From the IMG/VR virus record IMGVR_UViG_3300032116_000004, positions 248,001 to 312,000 of that record: a stretch of 64,000 nucleotides of DNA; one strand, given 5' to 3'. The first letter of the stretch is position 1. The number at the start of each line of letters is the position of its first letter. Below, piece by piece: positions 1-9,892 of this stretch. A model generated the notes under the pieces. It worked only from the letters and a program-made list of their open reading frames with translations, was not told the origin of the DNA and made no database searches. The translations under genes and the position numbers were made by a program.

Positions 1-804
1 CAGGGCATACCTATTCCCCCCTTGACTCCTAGAGATTGGCAAATCACCCTCGGACAAAAACTGCTACGTATGTTGTCAATACCCGAACTCGATGATGTTT
101 GTGATCTTTACAAAGATCAAGTGGTGAATCCTCACGACAATGATCAAAATTTAAATGATAATCAAAATTTCGATGAGAATTGCACGCTGAATGGTGCCAG
201 TGCCAGCTGCATAGTTCGGGTTGGCAGAGACATATTTTTTGACAATTCAGAATTTTTAAAACCAGAACAGAGTCGATGGATCGTTGAAAATCTACTAGGA
301 CCAGAATATCGTATACACGAAGCTGTCACTGATGGGCACGGGGATGCTGTGTTTGCCATCCTCAAACCTGGAGTTATATTAAGTAGCAAGCACGATAGCA
401 ATTTAGATTTCGGCAGAGATTTTCCCGGTTGGGAAGTGTGCAAGGTTTGGGATAGCTCAATTTGGGCAGCCATGGAGGTTGGCAAGTTCAAAGAAGATAA
501 CTTTAACGGCCGCTGGTATGTGCAAGGTCAAACACCCACCGAAGAATTCACGAAATTCGTAGATGAATATCTCAACAAATGGACGGGATTTGTGAGTGAA
601 ACAGTGTTTGATGTTAACTGTCTGGTGCTAGACGAATCACATGTAATCTTCTCGGCATACAACAAACCAGTATTTGATTTCTGTAAACAGCATAAAATTG
701 AACCTATCATCTCGGAATTGCGTCACAGCTATTTCTGGGATGGGGGTGTTAGCTGTTGCACACAAGACATCCGGCGACGCGGTGGCTTAGAGACTTATCT
801 CTAG
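1..804 (+). CDS. Amidinotransferase (pentein fold; glycine/inosamine-phosphate amidinotransferase-like), 5'-truncated by the window
   Basis: Frame is open from base 1. Pentein motifs HGDAVFAILKPGVIL, DVNCLVLDE and C-terminal GGVSCCTQDIRR (catalytic Cys region) are present. Confidence 0.75.
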   Translation, partial: QGIPIPPLTPRDWQITLGQKLLRMLSIPELDDVCDLYKDQVVNPHDNDQNLNDNQNFDENCTLNGASASCIVRVGRDIFFDNSEFLKPEQSRWIVENLLGPEYRIHEAVTDGHGDAVFAILKPGVILSSKHDSNLDFGRDFPGWEVCKVWDSSIWAAMEVGKFKEDNFNGRWYVQGQTPTEEFTKFVDEYLNKWTGFVSETVFDVNCLVLDESHVIFSAYNKPVFDFCKQHKIEPIISELRHSYFWDGGVSCCTQDIRRRGGLETYL

Positions 805-2288
805 TTGCAAACTTTTACACCGTATAGTTTTTCAAACCGATCAGCATCGTCTCTATCATTGACCATAGGCTCACCGCGTATGTTTAGACTGGTGTTAAGC
901 AACATAGGACATCCTGTTTCTACATACCAACGTTCTAACAGTTCTCGTATACCTGACCCACAGTCCTTGCTTACTGTTTGAACACGACTGGTCTTATCTA
1001 CATGTATGATAGCAGGAAAATGATCCGGATGGCGACAACGTGCTACCACTTGCATGTAAGGGCTACTGGTATATCCTTGGGGCATCTCAAAATAATCGTT
1101 GACACATTCTTCTAGTATCACAGGTGCAAACGGTCTAAACTGTTGTCTGCGTTTGATCGCATTGACTTTCTCCTTGATCTCGCTGCCTCTAGGGTCTGCA
1201 AGGAGGCTACGGTTTCCGAGTGCGCGGGGACCGAACTCAGCTCTGCCGGAGGCAACTCCCACAATCTGTTCATTAAGTAGCCGAGCCACAAGCTCATCAA
1301 CAGGATAAGGGCCAGGTATATTATACCCAAGATAAGGACTGGTCCAGTTAACTCTATGCCCATGAGCCAAAGCGGCAGCACCAAGGCTGCTACCAGCATC
1401 ACCAGGATTAGGCATGATCCAAATATTTTCATAGATGTCTCCAAGATTTCTATTGGCTAAACAGTTGAGAGCAACACCTCCCATGTATACAAGATTGGTT
1501 TCGCCTGTGAGTTCGCGAGCTTTTTTCATTACACTCATTATGAGATCTTCAGCCACTAACTGCGTAGCGCACGCAATATCTTCATTGGTAGCCGATTCTA
1601 AAAATGTTGAGTCAACTCCTATATGGAAGTTTTCATTGAGTTCAATGCTGTTGTAGTCTTTGATCACGCGATTGCTCAAGGCTTGGTACCACGTATCTCG
1701 ACCCCAGGCGGCCATGCCCATAGTAATGTATTCTTCGTCCATGGGTTTTAGTCCCACACGATCAGTCATGGCGCTGTAGAATAATCCAATTGAGTGTGGA
1801 TACATTTGGCGCCATAGTCTCTGGTATTGTGCCCGACCCTTGTTGTTGTAACATGCACGATAGATGCTAACAGTATCTAACTCACCAATGGCATCTATAA
1901 CAACAACTACTGCACGGTCAAATGGTGATGTTTGAAAACCTGCGGCTGCATGGCTGAGATGATGGCTGGTGCTGACTTCGTTACGAGCCGGATTTTGATA
2001 CCAAGACCCGAGATGCTTTTTCAATGCACCGCGTGTGGTCCAAGGGCCAAAGTTGCGTTGCCCAGAAAATATCTGCTGTATGTTGTGCATCCATGGATGT
2101 TCATAGAACGCCACTGTATCGTATTCCCACTCACACAGTTCTTTGAGCAGTCCAGGAGCAATAGTAGGATCGTTTTTCTTTTTACTATATCGTTCTGAGT
2201 GGCCGGCAAAAACTATTTCACCATCTGACCTGATGACAGTGGCTGCCGCATCATGGAACCCTGCACTGATACCAAGTATGTGTTTCAT
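801..2288 (-). CDS. O-carbamoyltransferase (NodU/CmcH/TobZ family)
   Basis: N-terminal ILGISAGFHDAAA...ERYSKKKND, HHLSHAA, DAIGE, GGVALNC, GDAGSSLGAA, EFGPRALGNRSLLADP, KRRQQFRPFAP and LLNTSLNIRGEPMV motifs. Confidence 0.93.
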   Translation of the reverse strand: MKHILGISAGFHDAAATVIRSDGEIVFAGHSERYSKKKNDPTIAPGLLKELCEWEYDTVAFYEHPWMHNIQQIFSGQRNFGPWTTRGALKKHLGSWYQNPARNEVSTSHHLSHAAAGFQTSPFDRAVVVVIDAIGELDTVSIYRACYNNKGRAQYQRLWRQMYPHSIGLFYSAMTDRVGLKPMDEEYITMGMAAWGRDTWYQALSNRVIKDYNSIELNENFHIGVDSTFLESATNEDIACATQLVAEDLIMSVMKKARELTGETNLVYMGGVALNCLANRNLGDIYENIWIMPNPGDAGSSLGAAALAHGHRVNWTSPYLGYNIPGPYPVDELVARLLNEQIVGVASGRAEFGPRALGNRSLLADPRGSEIKEKVNAIKRRQQFRPFAPVILEECVNDYFEMPQGYTSSPYMQVVARCRHPDHFPAIIHVDKTSRVQTVSKDCGSGIRELLERWYVETGCPMLLNTSLNIRGEPMVNDRDDADRFEKLYGVKVCN

Positions 2289-2386
2289 TTATAGATAAAC
2301 GGATCTCTTTTGCGTAACTCTTTTAGTTTTTTGCGATAGCGTATTTCAAGTTTGATCCGGTTGATCAAGTTTGTTAACCATTTCAT
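2285..2386 (-). CDS. Unannotated 33-aa basic peptide MKWLTNLINRIKLEIRYRKKLKELRKRDPFIYK
   Basis: Read by hand. AGGAGGA Shine-Dalgarno at 2397-2391, ATG at 2386, and its TGA overlaps the carbamoyltransferase ATG (ATGA coupling). Confidence 0.75.
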   Translation of the reverse strand: MKWLTNLINRIKLEIRYRKKLKELRKRDPFIYK

Positions 2387-3521
2387 TTTTTCCTCCTATG
2401 ATTTGTATCTGTCGAGTTTGATAATCAGGATCACTCCAGCAATAGTCATAGACACATTCGGCATCACTGGTTTTAACTCTGTAGACATCTAGATGAGTAT
2501 TTAAACGGCTCCATATGGATTGATAATCATTTGTCCAAAAGGTATCAATGAGATCCACTTGACCGATTTGCGGATGCCCAATAGTTAAACTTTTGTCATT
2601 GGGATCAAATCCATTCACTGTTAGCCATTCACGGAACTCTTGTAATCTTATCTTTTGCCATTCGTAGTTGCCAGGATTGTTAGCCCACTCTATATCAAAG
2701 TCTCCTGCTGCCTCAGTCTGGCTACGCATGGTAGTTGAAATTAACTCACCCACACGACTGTCACGTCCTTCATCCTGGAACACTTCCCAATGATGTTTGC
2801 CCACTGCTTTGTTCACACCTACAAATACTCCGCCTATGGGTCGATTGATAGTTTCTATACCAAACAGCTCGTAGTCTTTTTCGTCTAACACAAATCTTGG
2901 TGCATTAAGCCAACACATCAGTTGACTGGGCCTTTGCCAAGCGGGCGCTTCAATCTGTTTTCGATAACTGAGAGCCCAAGATTCAAATTCGTGACACAAT
3001 AAATTCAATTGCCGGATATGCCAGCGTGTGGCAGCATTAGCTTTTAGATAGTATTCTTTGGGAGAGCCGCTGACACCTTGTAAATCTTCAAAATATCTAT
3101 GCAACCAGTTGAACTTGTCATGTATGATATTGCGACCGGCTGCGCGACCATCTATAGGTGTATCTGTGATACAATTCGCCATATCAAAATAGTCGTCGAT
3201 GTGATAACCAAGATTGGCTTGATTGATTGCCGCTATACTGAGATTGACCTGCTCTAGTATATAGGAACCGTTGCGAGCATGATCGACAAACCCAAAGAAA
3301 CAATAGTTTTTTTCTAGATGATAATCTTTCCGCAATAGATCATTGAGTGCTGACAGCCATTTATGACTGAGAGAGTTATCATAGATGTCCACATATACTG
3401 GCAGTAGATCGCCAGTATGACGATTTTGTAGATCAATCTGCAATCTATCTAATATCTTGCCACCAATCATACATGTCCTGATTTTGTTGTAATATATGTG
3501 CCATGGTATATTGATCACCAC
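2346..3521 (-). CDS. Hypothetical protein in the modification operon (true start probably near 3470)
   Basis: Long ORF co-oriented with and overlapping its neighbours; no recognisable motif. Confidence 0.75.
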   Translation of the reverse strand: MVINIPWHIYYNKIRTCMIGGKILDRLQIDLQNRHTGDLLPVYVDIYDNSLSHKWLSALNDLLRKDYHLEKNYCFFGFVDHARNGSYILEQVNLSIAAINQANLGYHIDDYFDMANCITDTPIDGRAAGRNIIHDKFNWLHRYFEDLQGVSGSPKEYYLKANAATRWHIRQLNLLCHEFESWALSYRKQIEAPAWQRPSQLMCWLNAPRFVLDEKDYELFGIETINRPIGGVFVGVNKAVGKHHWEVFQDEGRDSRVGELISTTMRSQTEAAGDFDIEWANNPGNYEWQKIRLQEFREWLTVNGFDPNDKSLTIGHPQIGQVDLIDTFWTNDYQSIWSRLNTHLDVYRVKTSDAECVYDYCWSDPDYQTRQIQIIGGKNEMVNKLDQPDQT

Positions 3522-4731
3522 GTATCTTTTCTAGTTCTAAAATCCTGCGCTTGCCTTTGATCAATCCTGCTTGATATTGATCAGGCCATTGTTCCGCAAA
3601 CGTGGGTCTTTGCTTGAGTTGTAGTAAAACATCTCGTAGTGCGCCACGTGTGGCAGGCACTATCTCATCCACTTTGCGATGTAATATTTCTCTAGGCAAT
3701 GCCAGCGGACTCATTAAAATGTCCGGAGTAAAACTAAACACAACTTTGGCCAAGATGTCAACACCTAGTTCATCGGCTGTGCGTTGCATCGACTCAACTT
3801 CAAACAAACCTGGCAGAGTCAAAGTAAAGTCCAATCGCATCTGTCTGCGATGTCGTGCGATTTCTAGGCCACGTTTAAAGTTTTCTAAAAATACGGGCCA
3901 GGCCAAACCGGTTCTGATGTATTCTCCGATGGGTCCTGTTCCATCGATGCTTGCACAGATTTGGAAGTCTCGTATATTTGCCAGCAAATCACGATAAAGA
4001 CTAATCCCATTATAATCCACGCGGCTAAGGTTGGTATTGTATCTTGCATAAAGTCTTGGGCCATCACCCAGTTCAATGATTCTTTTCATATAGCGCCAAT
4101 GCTGTTCATACATCAGCGGCTCTCCGCCCACCCAATAGATTTCTTCTACACGATGTTCTTCTACTGCTTGAGCAAACTCTGCTTCTACCTGTGTGTCCTG
4201 GAACTGTATGATTTCACGTTTGACATCAGGCCGCATCCAGTTGTTTTTGGGATTTGACCAGTCTACCATGTCGTGTTTTTTCTCTTCAGTTTCCCAAGAG
4301 CTGGAAAGCATGTCTCCGCACATGCGACATTTAAAGTTGCAAAGATTACTAAATCTGTAGTCCCAGCTCACTGGTTTCAGTGTGGTTACACCGTCGGGTG
4401 TGGTGGCTGCCATGGCTTCCTCATACTTGTGACCAAACAGTCCCCAAAAGTAACTGCGATAGACATCTGTATTCAATAACTTCTCATTGCACACCGCACA
4501 CTCTGGCAAGGTCTCTCCGGCCATCATGCGCCGTCTCACAGATTTCATGTGTTCACTGTTCCAATGTTCATCCAGTGTGATGGGAATATAACGTCCGCTG
4601 CCGGCGGCTGTGTCTATATACTGTTCAAAGTTCTGTGCAGGCTCACGACTGGCACAACACATCCTCCTCTCGGTCTGTGGCGAGAGATATGTGTGTGTCC
4701 ACGGAGCCATGCACAGTGTTTCAGACTTCAT
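3445..4731 (-). CDS. Radical SAM protein with N-terminal twitch/SPASM-like Cys domain
   Basis: CNFKCRMC (CxxxCxxC) and GGEP; N-terminal CMAPW...MCC...CAVC. Confidence 0.9.
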   Translation of the reverse strand: MKSETLCMAPWTHTYLSPQTERRMCCASREPAQNFEQYIDTAAGSGRYIPITLDEHWNSEHMKSVRRRMMAGETLPECAVCNEKLLNTDVYRSYFWGLFGHKYEEAMAATTPDGVTTLKPVSWDYRFSNLCNFKCRMCGDMLSSSWETEEKKHDMVDWSNPKNNWMRPDVKREIIQFQDTQVEAEFAQAVEEHRVEEIYWVGGEPLMYEQHWRYMKRIIELGDGPRLYARYNTNLSRVDYNGISLYRDLLANIRDFQICASIDGTGPIGEYIRTGLAWPVFLENFKRGLEIARHRRQMRLDFTLTLPGLFEVESMQRTADELGVDILAKVVFSFTPDILMSPLALPREILHRKVDEIVPATRGALRDVLLQLKQRPTFAEQWPDQYQAGLIKGKRRILELEKIRGDQYTMAHILQQNQDMYDWWQDIR

Positions 4732-5932
4732 AATCTATCACTCGTGCTAACTCCGGCGCTATCTGTGAAAGGTTCTGACGACGCCTTAGATCTAGATCTT
4801 TTATCTTTATCTTCAAAAGATTTCCATCAGTGCTGGCACCATTGATCATGAAATCTACCACGCGATCAAACTCAGATCGGAATGACTCGGGCACCCATTC
4901 ACTTGACAATCTCTGTCGAACTGCCTGTTTAGCACGTTCGGGCAGGTTAGCAATACTGAAATAATAAGGATCATGCAACATGTTCCAGTAGACAAAATCA
5001 AACTTTTGACGATCGATCCATTGTGCCACGTCTGACAGATACATCACGTTGAACGCATTGATGGTGCAACACACCTGTAGAGTGATGTTTGAAATCCTAG
5101 ATCTCATCTGTCGGAACAGTTCGATATTGTGATTGATTTCCGACCAGCCAGCATTGCTACGTTGATATTCAAATCTCTCACCTACGTCATCCACAGAAAA
5201 AGCGATTTCAACATGCCGGAAATGGCACCAGATGTCTTCGGCTTCTTCGGGATATTGTGTGCCGTTGGTGTTGTAGTGTATTTCAATTTGATGAGCATAT
5301 CCACGGTCTACCAGGCGGCGCAGTAGATCAAAATGCTCTCGGATCATGAAAGGTTCGCCACCAGTGAACTCAATGTATCGGACTTGGGCCATGGCCGAAT
5401 CCAGTTCGTGCCAAAACTGCTCGCTGTTGCGCGGCCATGCTCCATCACGTAACATTTGATAATGGAAACTTTTCTTTTTATCTTCTCTATCAACAATAAA
5501 GTTCAACTCTTCTGAAGCAAAAGTCGACGAAGACCATGAACCACAGATGCGGCATTTGAGATTACAGATATTACCTAATTTGAGATCCAAAAACATCAAA
5601 GGTTTAGCATCTGCTGTCCAATTGTCAGAAATGCCCATATGTTTGAGCCTATCTAGAGTATGCATCCTTTTACTGGTACGACCGGCACGTTCTTCTTGCC
5701 AACATCTACGACAGGTCTGTGGTTGCTGGCCATCTAAAAACTGCTGACGCAGATTTTTTAGATGTTGGCTGTTCTGTATCTGGTCAAAGGTAGAGTTTGT
5801 AAGTTGGAATTTTTTCCCTTGATCATCTACTATCTCGTCCATGGCCAAACAGCAAGGTCTCACTGTGCCTATGGGACTGGTTTCTAAGCTAACCCACGGT
5901 AACACACAGAATTTCTCGTGTGGTATTTTCAT
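4721..5932 (-). CDS. Radical SAM protein with N-terminal twitch/SPASM-like Cys domain
   Basis: CNLKCRIC, GGEPF and YNTNGT; N-terminal CVLPW...PCC...CRRC. Confidence 0.9.
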   Translation of the reverse strand: MKIPHEKFCVLPWVSLETSPIGTVRPCCLAMDEIVDDQGKKFQLTNSTFDQIQNSQHLKNLRQQFLDGQQPQTCRRCWQEERAGRTSKRMHTLDRLKHMGISDNWTADAKPLMFLDLKLGNICNLKCRICGSWSSSTFASEELNFIVDREDKKKSFHYQMLRDGAWPRNSEQFWHELDSAMAQVRYIEFTGGEPFMIREHFDLLRRLVDRGYAHQIEIHYNTNGTQYPEEAEDIWCHFRHVEIAFSVDDVGERFEYQRSNAGWSEINHNIELFRQMRSRISNITLQVCCTINAFNVMYLSDVAQWIDRQKFDFVYWNMLHDPYYFSIANLPERAKQAVRQRLSSEWVPESFRSEFDRVVDFMINGASTDGNLLKIKIKDLDLRRRQNLSQIAPELARVIDYEV

Positions 5933-7197
5933 TGCAAGGCCTCCAGTTCGGGTATCACAGACAGCAGATTCTGTCCGCGGATGGCGTCTAGTTCGTGAGT
6001 CTTGCGCCAGAATACCTCCAGTAATTGAGTGTTATCTGACCCCATCATAAAATTGATAGCCGATTCAAAACCCACCGTGGCACGTTGCAAAGGATCTTGT
6101 GTTCTCAACCAATCAAGGTGCTCTTCAAAGCGTATCCTTAGACGTTGTTTGTATTTCATAGGTGCTATGTCTATTCTATAGTGTGCTGGATCTTGCAAGA
6201 TATTGACATTGAGATCCTGCGCACGTATCAGTCCTTGCTCTACCCAAGATTTATGAAAATCAGGTAGATGCCATGCGTTCATGATACTCAGCGTAGGAGA
6301 AATATAGAAATCTACGTTGGGGCAGATATCTATCATCCTACGACGATTATCTTCTACTGTGTTCCAATTGGTACCATTGCGTATGTATTCAGCACGCAAG
6401 TCCATGGCATCCAGGCTGGCTCCTACTGCTACACTCTTAAACTTTTTCCAATAGTCAAACACATATCGATCTTTGAGTTTGACTTGCGTGAAGTTTGTAT
6501 TGTAGATCAGGCGCACATCAAATCGTTCTCTGCGTTCTAATTCTTCCAGGATGCGATAGTGCTCATCCATCATCAGAGGCTCGCCACCTGCAAAATATAT
6601 CTGCTCTACATAATCAATATGCGGTAACAATTGGTTCCACATATCTTCGGGATCGCGACCTGCAATGTTCAAAGGTCTATTGTGTTTGGCCCATTCAGGA
6701 CCGGCTAACTTGATCTGATCTTGATACCATGAACTGGAAAAGATATGCCCACAACTGCGACAACTGAGATTGCAAAGATTACTGAAACGTATATCCCAAT
6801 AAGTCATCTCAAACGGATTGCTTTCTAATTTCTTGATGTGATGACCGTGATGTTTGTTGGCTGATCTCCGACCTGAAAAAAATCCCGATTCCTCTTGTTC
6901 ATAGCATCGACCACAGGCCGGGTTGGGCCGTTCGGCTAACATGTCTTCTCGCAACTGTGTCATGGACGGACCTTGCCAAATTTCGGCCAAGGTATTCTTT
7001 CTGCAATCGCCCACTGGGTATCGCATCTCTGCATGACAGCAAGGATAGGCTTCACCTGTGGGATAAGCATGCAGGTGTATCCAAGGATAGATACAGAATG
7101 TTTTGCTGTCTTTCAGCAGAAATTGTTCGCGATCGTTGAGATCCGTTGGTCGGACTAAATCTGCGGAATTATATTGATATTGTGTCATACCACTCAC
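5929..7197 (-). CDS. Radical SAM protein with N-terminal twitch/SPASM-like Cys domain
   Basis: CNLSCRSC, GGEPL and YNTN; N-terminal CIYPW...PCC...CGRC. Confidence 0.9.
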   Translation of the reverse strand: MSGMTQYQYNSADLVRPTDLNDREQFLLKDSKTFCIYPWIHLHAYPTGEAYPCCHAEMRYPVGDCRKNTLAEIWQGPSMTQLREDMLAERPNPACGRCYEQEESGFFSGRRSANKHHGHHIKKLESNPFEMTYWDIRFSNLCNLSCRSCGHIFSSSWYQDQIKLAGPEWAKHNRPLNIAGRDPEDMWNQLLPHIDYVEQIYFAGGEPLMMDEHYRILEELERRERFDVRLIYNTNFTQVKLKDRYVFDYWKKFKSVAVGASLDAMDLRAEYIRNGTNWNTVEDNRRRMIDICPNVDFYISPTLSIMNAWHLPDFHKSWVEQGLIRAQDLNVNILQDPAHYRIDIAPMKYKQRLRIRFEEHLDWLRTQDPLQRATVGFESAINFMMGSDNTQLLEVFWRKTHELDAIRGQNLLSVIPELEALQ

Positions 7198-8527
7198 TCA
7201 ATGCAGGAAAAGTCCTGCGGAAATTTTTGCCACGGCGCCGATCATATTGCTCGTAAAATTGTTTAAAATCGTTGTGCAATCGCGGCATATCAAATGCATC
7301 TGAATGCGGAGTCTTGACCACGTCAAGATAATCTATCAATCGTTGCATGTGATTGCGTTCGTGTTCATGCATCATGACATTGTCAGTCCAGCGATCTAAC
7401 CAGGCCTGCAATCGATCTCTATGACGCATACGGATGTGATCAGGCAAAACCAGTGGTGATTGGAAACTGGGAAATCTCAGGATGTTCAGCGTGAAGTTAG
7501 GAAAGTCCGAACCATGGTCCTGTTTCCATAACATGAGATAGGTCAGGAACTCTGGCAGGCTTTCCAGGCACAAGGCATTAATGGTACACATCACATGCAA
7601 GCCTCGCAGTTTTTTACTCTGCATGATGCGTTCCATGTTGTCGGTCCACTGTCCATAGTTCAAACCATCGCGGATATATTCAGCATGAGGACCGATGCTC
7701 TCATTGGAAGTATACAGATCCAGTTCTACATCTTCGCAGGCATTGATAGCACGTTCTATCACATCATATTCCATGCCAAGATTTGAGTTGATGGCCAGGC
7801 GTGTTTGCGAACGTCCGCGATTTTGTTGGAACCAATCCAACAACTTCCAGGTATATCCGCTCATCAGTGGTTCACCACCGGTGATGCGCAGTTCTTTCAG
7901 TGTTCTATGTAGGTCTGATTCCCACCACTGGAAAAATGCGTCCACATAAGGATTCCGATCATTGAATGTATACAACTGACTGCTGTCATGAGCGTGAGTG
8001 AAATGATTACGACCATCTGATACCAGGCCGGTGTAAGCACCGTGTTGTTTAATATCCCGAACCCATGTAGAACTAAAAGCAGGATTGCAATAAGAACAAG
8101 CGAACTGGCAAGTCCTATCAAAGGCGATTTCCAAGGTTTGTAAATCCACGTCTTGGTCCGCTGGAGTATGGTATGCATCATCAAGGTCCTCGTCTGAATA
8201 TATCACTGTCTTATACACACGGTCGCTGACGTTGTCTCGACCTATGTCTTCAATCTTCCAGCAGTATTCGCACCCTTGTGGGCGCTCGCCGCGTTGCATC
8301 ATGCCTCGTTCGGATTTTTTTTTGGCAGTATTGTGCAAGGCTTTGGGATTGGCTTCTGCATCTTCTACGCTGACTTTGTGAGGCAGCGGGTGATGGCAAC
8401 TGGTAGTCATGCCGGAGCCTAGCCAAATAGTAGCGTTATACCATTTGGCTCCACAAAAACTATCGGATTTGATATCGATCACCCGACGTTTGTATTCAAT
8501 ATCTGTTTCGTTGTCTTTACGTGGCAT
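7169..8527 (-). CDS. Radical SAM protein with N-terminal Cys/His domain
   Basis: CQFACSYC and TGGEPL; N-terminal CGAKW...SCHH...CEYC. Confidence 0.9.
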   Translation of the reverse strand: MPRKDNETDIEYKRRVIDIKSDSFCGAKWYNATIWLGSGMTTSCHHPLPHKVSVEDAEANPKALHNTAKKKSERGMMQRGERPQGCEYCWKIEDIGRDNVSDRVYKTVIYSDEDLDDAYHTPADQDVDLQTLEIAFDRTCQFACSYCNPAFSSTWVRDIKQHGAYTGLVSDGRNHFTHAHDSSQLYTFNDRNPYVDAFFQWWESDLHRTLKELRITGGEPLMSGYTWKLLDWFQQNRGRSQTRLAINSNLGMEYDVIERAINACEDVELDLYTSNESIGPHAEYIRDGLNYGQWTDNMERIMQSKKLRGLHVMCTINALCLESLPEFLTYLMLWKQDHGSDFPNFTLNILRFPSFQSPLVLPDHIRMRHRDRLQAWLDRWTDNVMMHEHERNHMQRLIDYLDVVKTPHSDAFDMPRLHNDFKQFYEQYDRRRGKNFRRTFPALSEWYDTISI

Positions 8528-9536
8528 GCATGAACTTTTGGAATTTTACAGTAAATGTTTTCTGTTGGTTAGTATGTAGTTCTTGGGCGTGCTGTTGGTT
8601 ATATAAACAGATGTCTCGTGTTTCGATCCAAAATTGGTCTAGATCTTGATCGCATAACCACTGGACTTCTTGTATCAATCTGTCCAGTCTCCCCTTACCA
8701 TCTATTATAGTATCAAACGATTCATCGATCAACGATCCGAATGTTCTAAATCCCATGCGATGTAGGTCTCGATAGAATCCCATGTTGGCACAAATAACAA
8801 AAGGATGTGCCGCTAATATTGGCTTGTAGGTTTTCTCTGTGCGGAAACTGTGCGGATATTCAAACACAGTTTCACTGACTACGCTGAAGTAAGTGTCATT
8901 GAACTGTGGTGCATAGATCACGCCATCTAACCATGATGGTTCTGGTTGAATTTCATACCGTGATGGCAAAGATTTTTCGGATAAATCCATATGCTCAACA
9001 TAGACTCTGTTGAAATCTCTATGCCCCCATGTATCATAGTTCTCTAGACAAGACCACAATGCTCGATCCAACAATCCAAAAAATTTCAATTTGGCGATCA
9101 AGTATTTCCTATGCGGACGCAGTTTTCGATTGGTAAAAAGAAATTTATAAGGTCGAGTAACCTGTTGGCTTAATACCAGGTTGGTTTCTTGGCTGCCGAT
9201 AGTGGCCCGTAAAAAATGCTCGTTGTTGAGATTTTGTATATCCGGATCAGAATCACCGCCTGTTATCCATCTAAGAGATCCTCTTTGGAACCATGTATAG
9301 TAGAGATGATGTTTGACTATGTGCCACTGAGTGGCCACTGATTCATCTGTTTTTTCTACAGCGATAGTGCTGCCATTTTCCAAACTCTTGATCACCAACT
9401 CTGGTCGCATAACCAGAGTCTTCAAGGATATAGCATAACACCCTTGTCGATCACTTAGATAGTCAACAACGATGTCATCTGCTGTATCGAGATACCCAAG
9501 TGGCAGTCCAGGCTCAACAATAATATTACCATTCAT
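8517..9536 (-). CDS. Putative glycosyltransferase (GT-B; GT10 fucosyltransferase-like C-terminal motif), paralog 1
   Basis: FSVVSET...RTEKTYKPI...PFVI...GFRTF resembles the GT10 nucleotide-sugar motif (FxLxFEN...YxTEK...xPxVxG). Confidence 0.5.
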   Translation of the reverse strand: MNGNIIVEPGLPLGYLDTADDIVVDYLSDRQGCYAISLKTLVMRPELVIKSLENGSTIAVEKTDESVATQWHIVKHHLYYTWFQRGSLRWITGGDSDPDIQNLNNEHFLRATIGSQETNLVLSQQVTRPYKFLFTNRKLRPHRKYLIAKLKFFGLLDRALWSCLENYDTWGHRDFNRVYVEHMDLSEKSLPSRYEIQPEPSWLDGVIYAPQFNDTYFSVVSETVFEYPHSFRTEKTYKPILAAHPFVICANMGFYRDLHRMGFRTFGSLIDESFDTIIDGKGRLDRLIQEVQWLCDQDLDQFWIETRDICLYNQQHAQELHTNQQKTFTVKFQKFMHAT

Positions 9537-9892
9537 GCCTGATTATCGCCTGGAACGATTCTATAATTGTCTTCCACAGAATCTGGTGTGCTGACTTCTA
9601 TGATTGTTCCTGCTTCAATACAGATCAACTGATGAGGCTGGCAAGGTGGATTGTGCCAAGTTGCCCCTTCATTTAATTCTTTTTCATGAGATTCAGCGGT
9701 ATCAGTATCTATCCAACGAATTAGAAATTTGCCATTTTGGACATACCAAGTTTCATCTTTGTCTCGATGGAAATGCATACTGAAGCGGGCACCGGTCTCA
9801 AAATTTAAAAACTTTGCACAATATTGGTTATTAGTTGCCCAAATAAATTCAGATCCCCATTTTTTAGGAACCAGTCCTGTCAATCTGGTCAT
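9533..9892 (-). CDS. Cupin-fold protein (sugar isomerase/epimerase-like)
   Basis: WGSE...SMHFHRDKDETWYV...PPCQPHQL...IEVS cupin metal-binding motifs. Confidence 0.8.
   Translation of the reverse strand: MTRLTGLVPKKWGSEFIWATNNQYCAKFLNFETGARFSMHFHRDKDETWYVQNGKFLIRWIDTDTAESHEKELNEGATWHNPPCQPHQLICIEAGTIIEVSTPDSVEDNYRIVPGDNQA

Noticed and set aside
801-804. Overlapping stop codons (CTAG) of convergent genes
   Set aside because: This is ordinary genome compaction; no further structure was seen.
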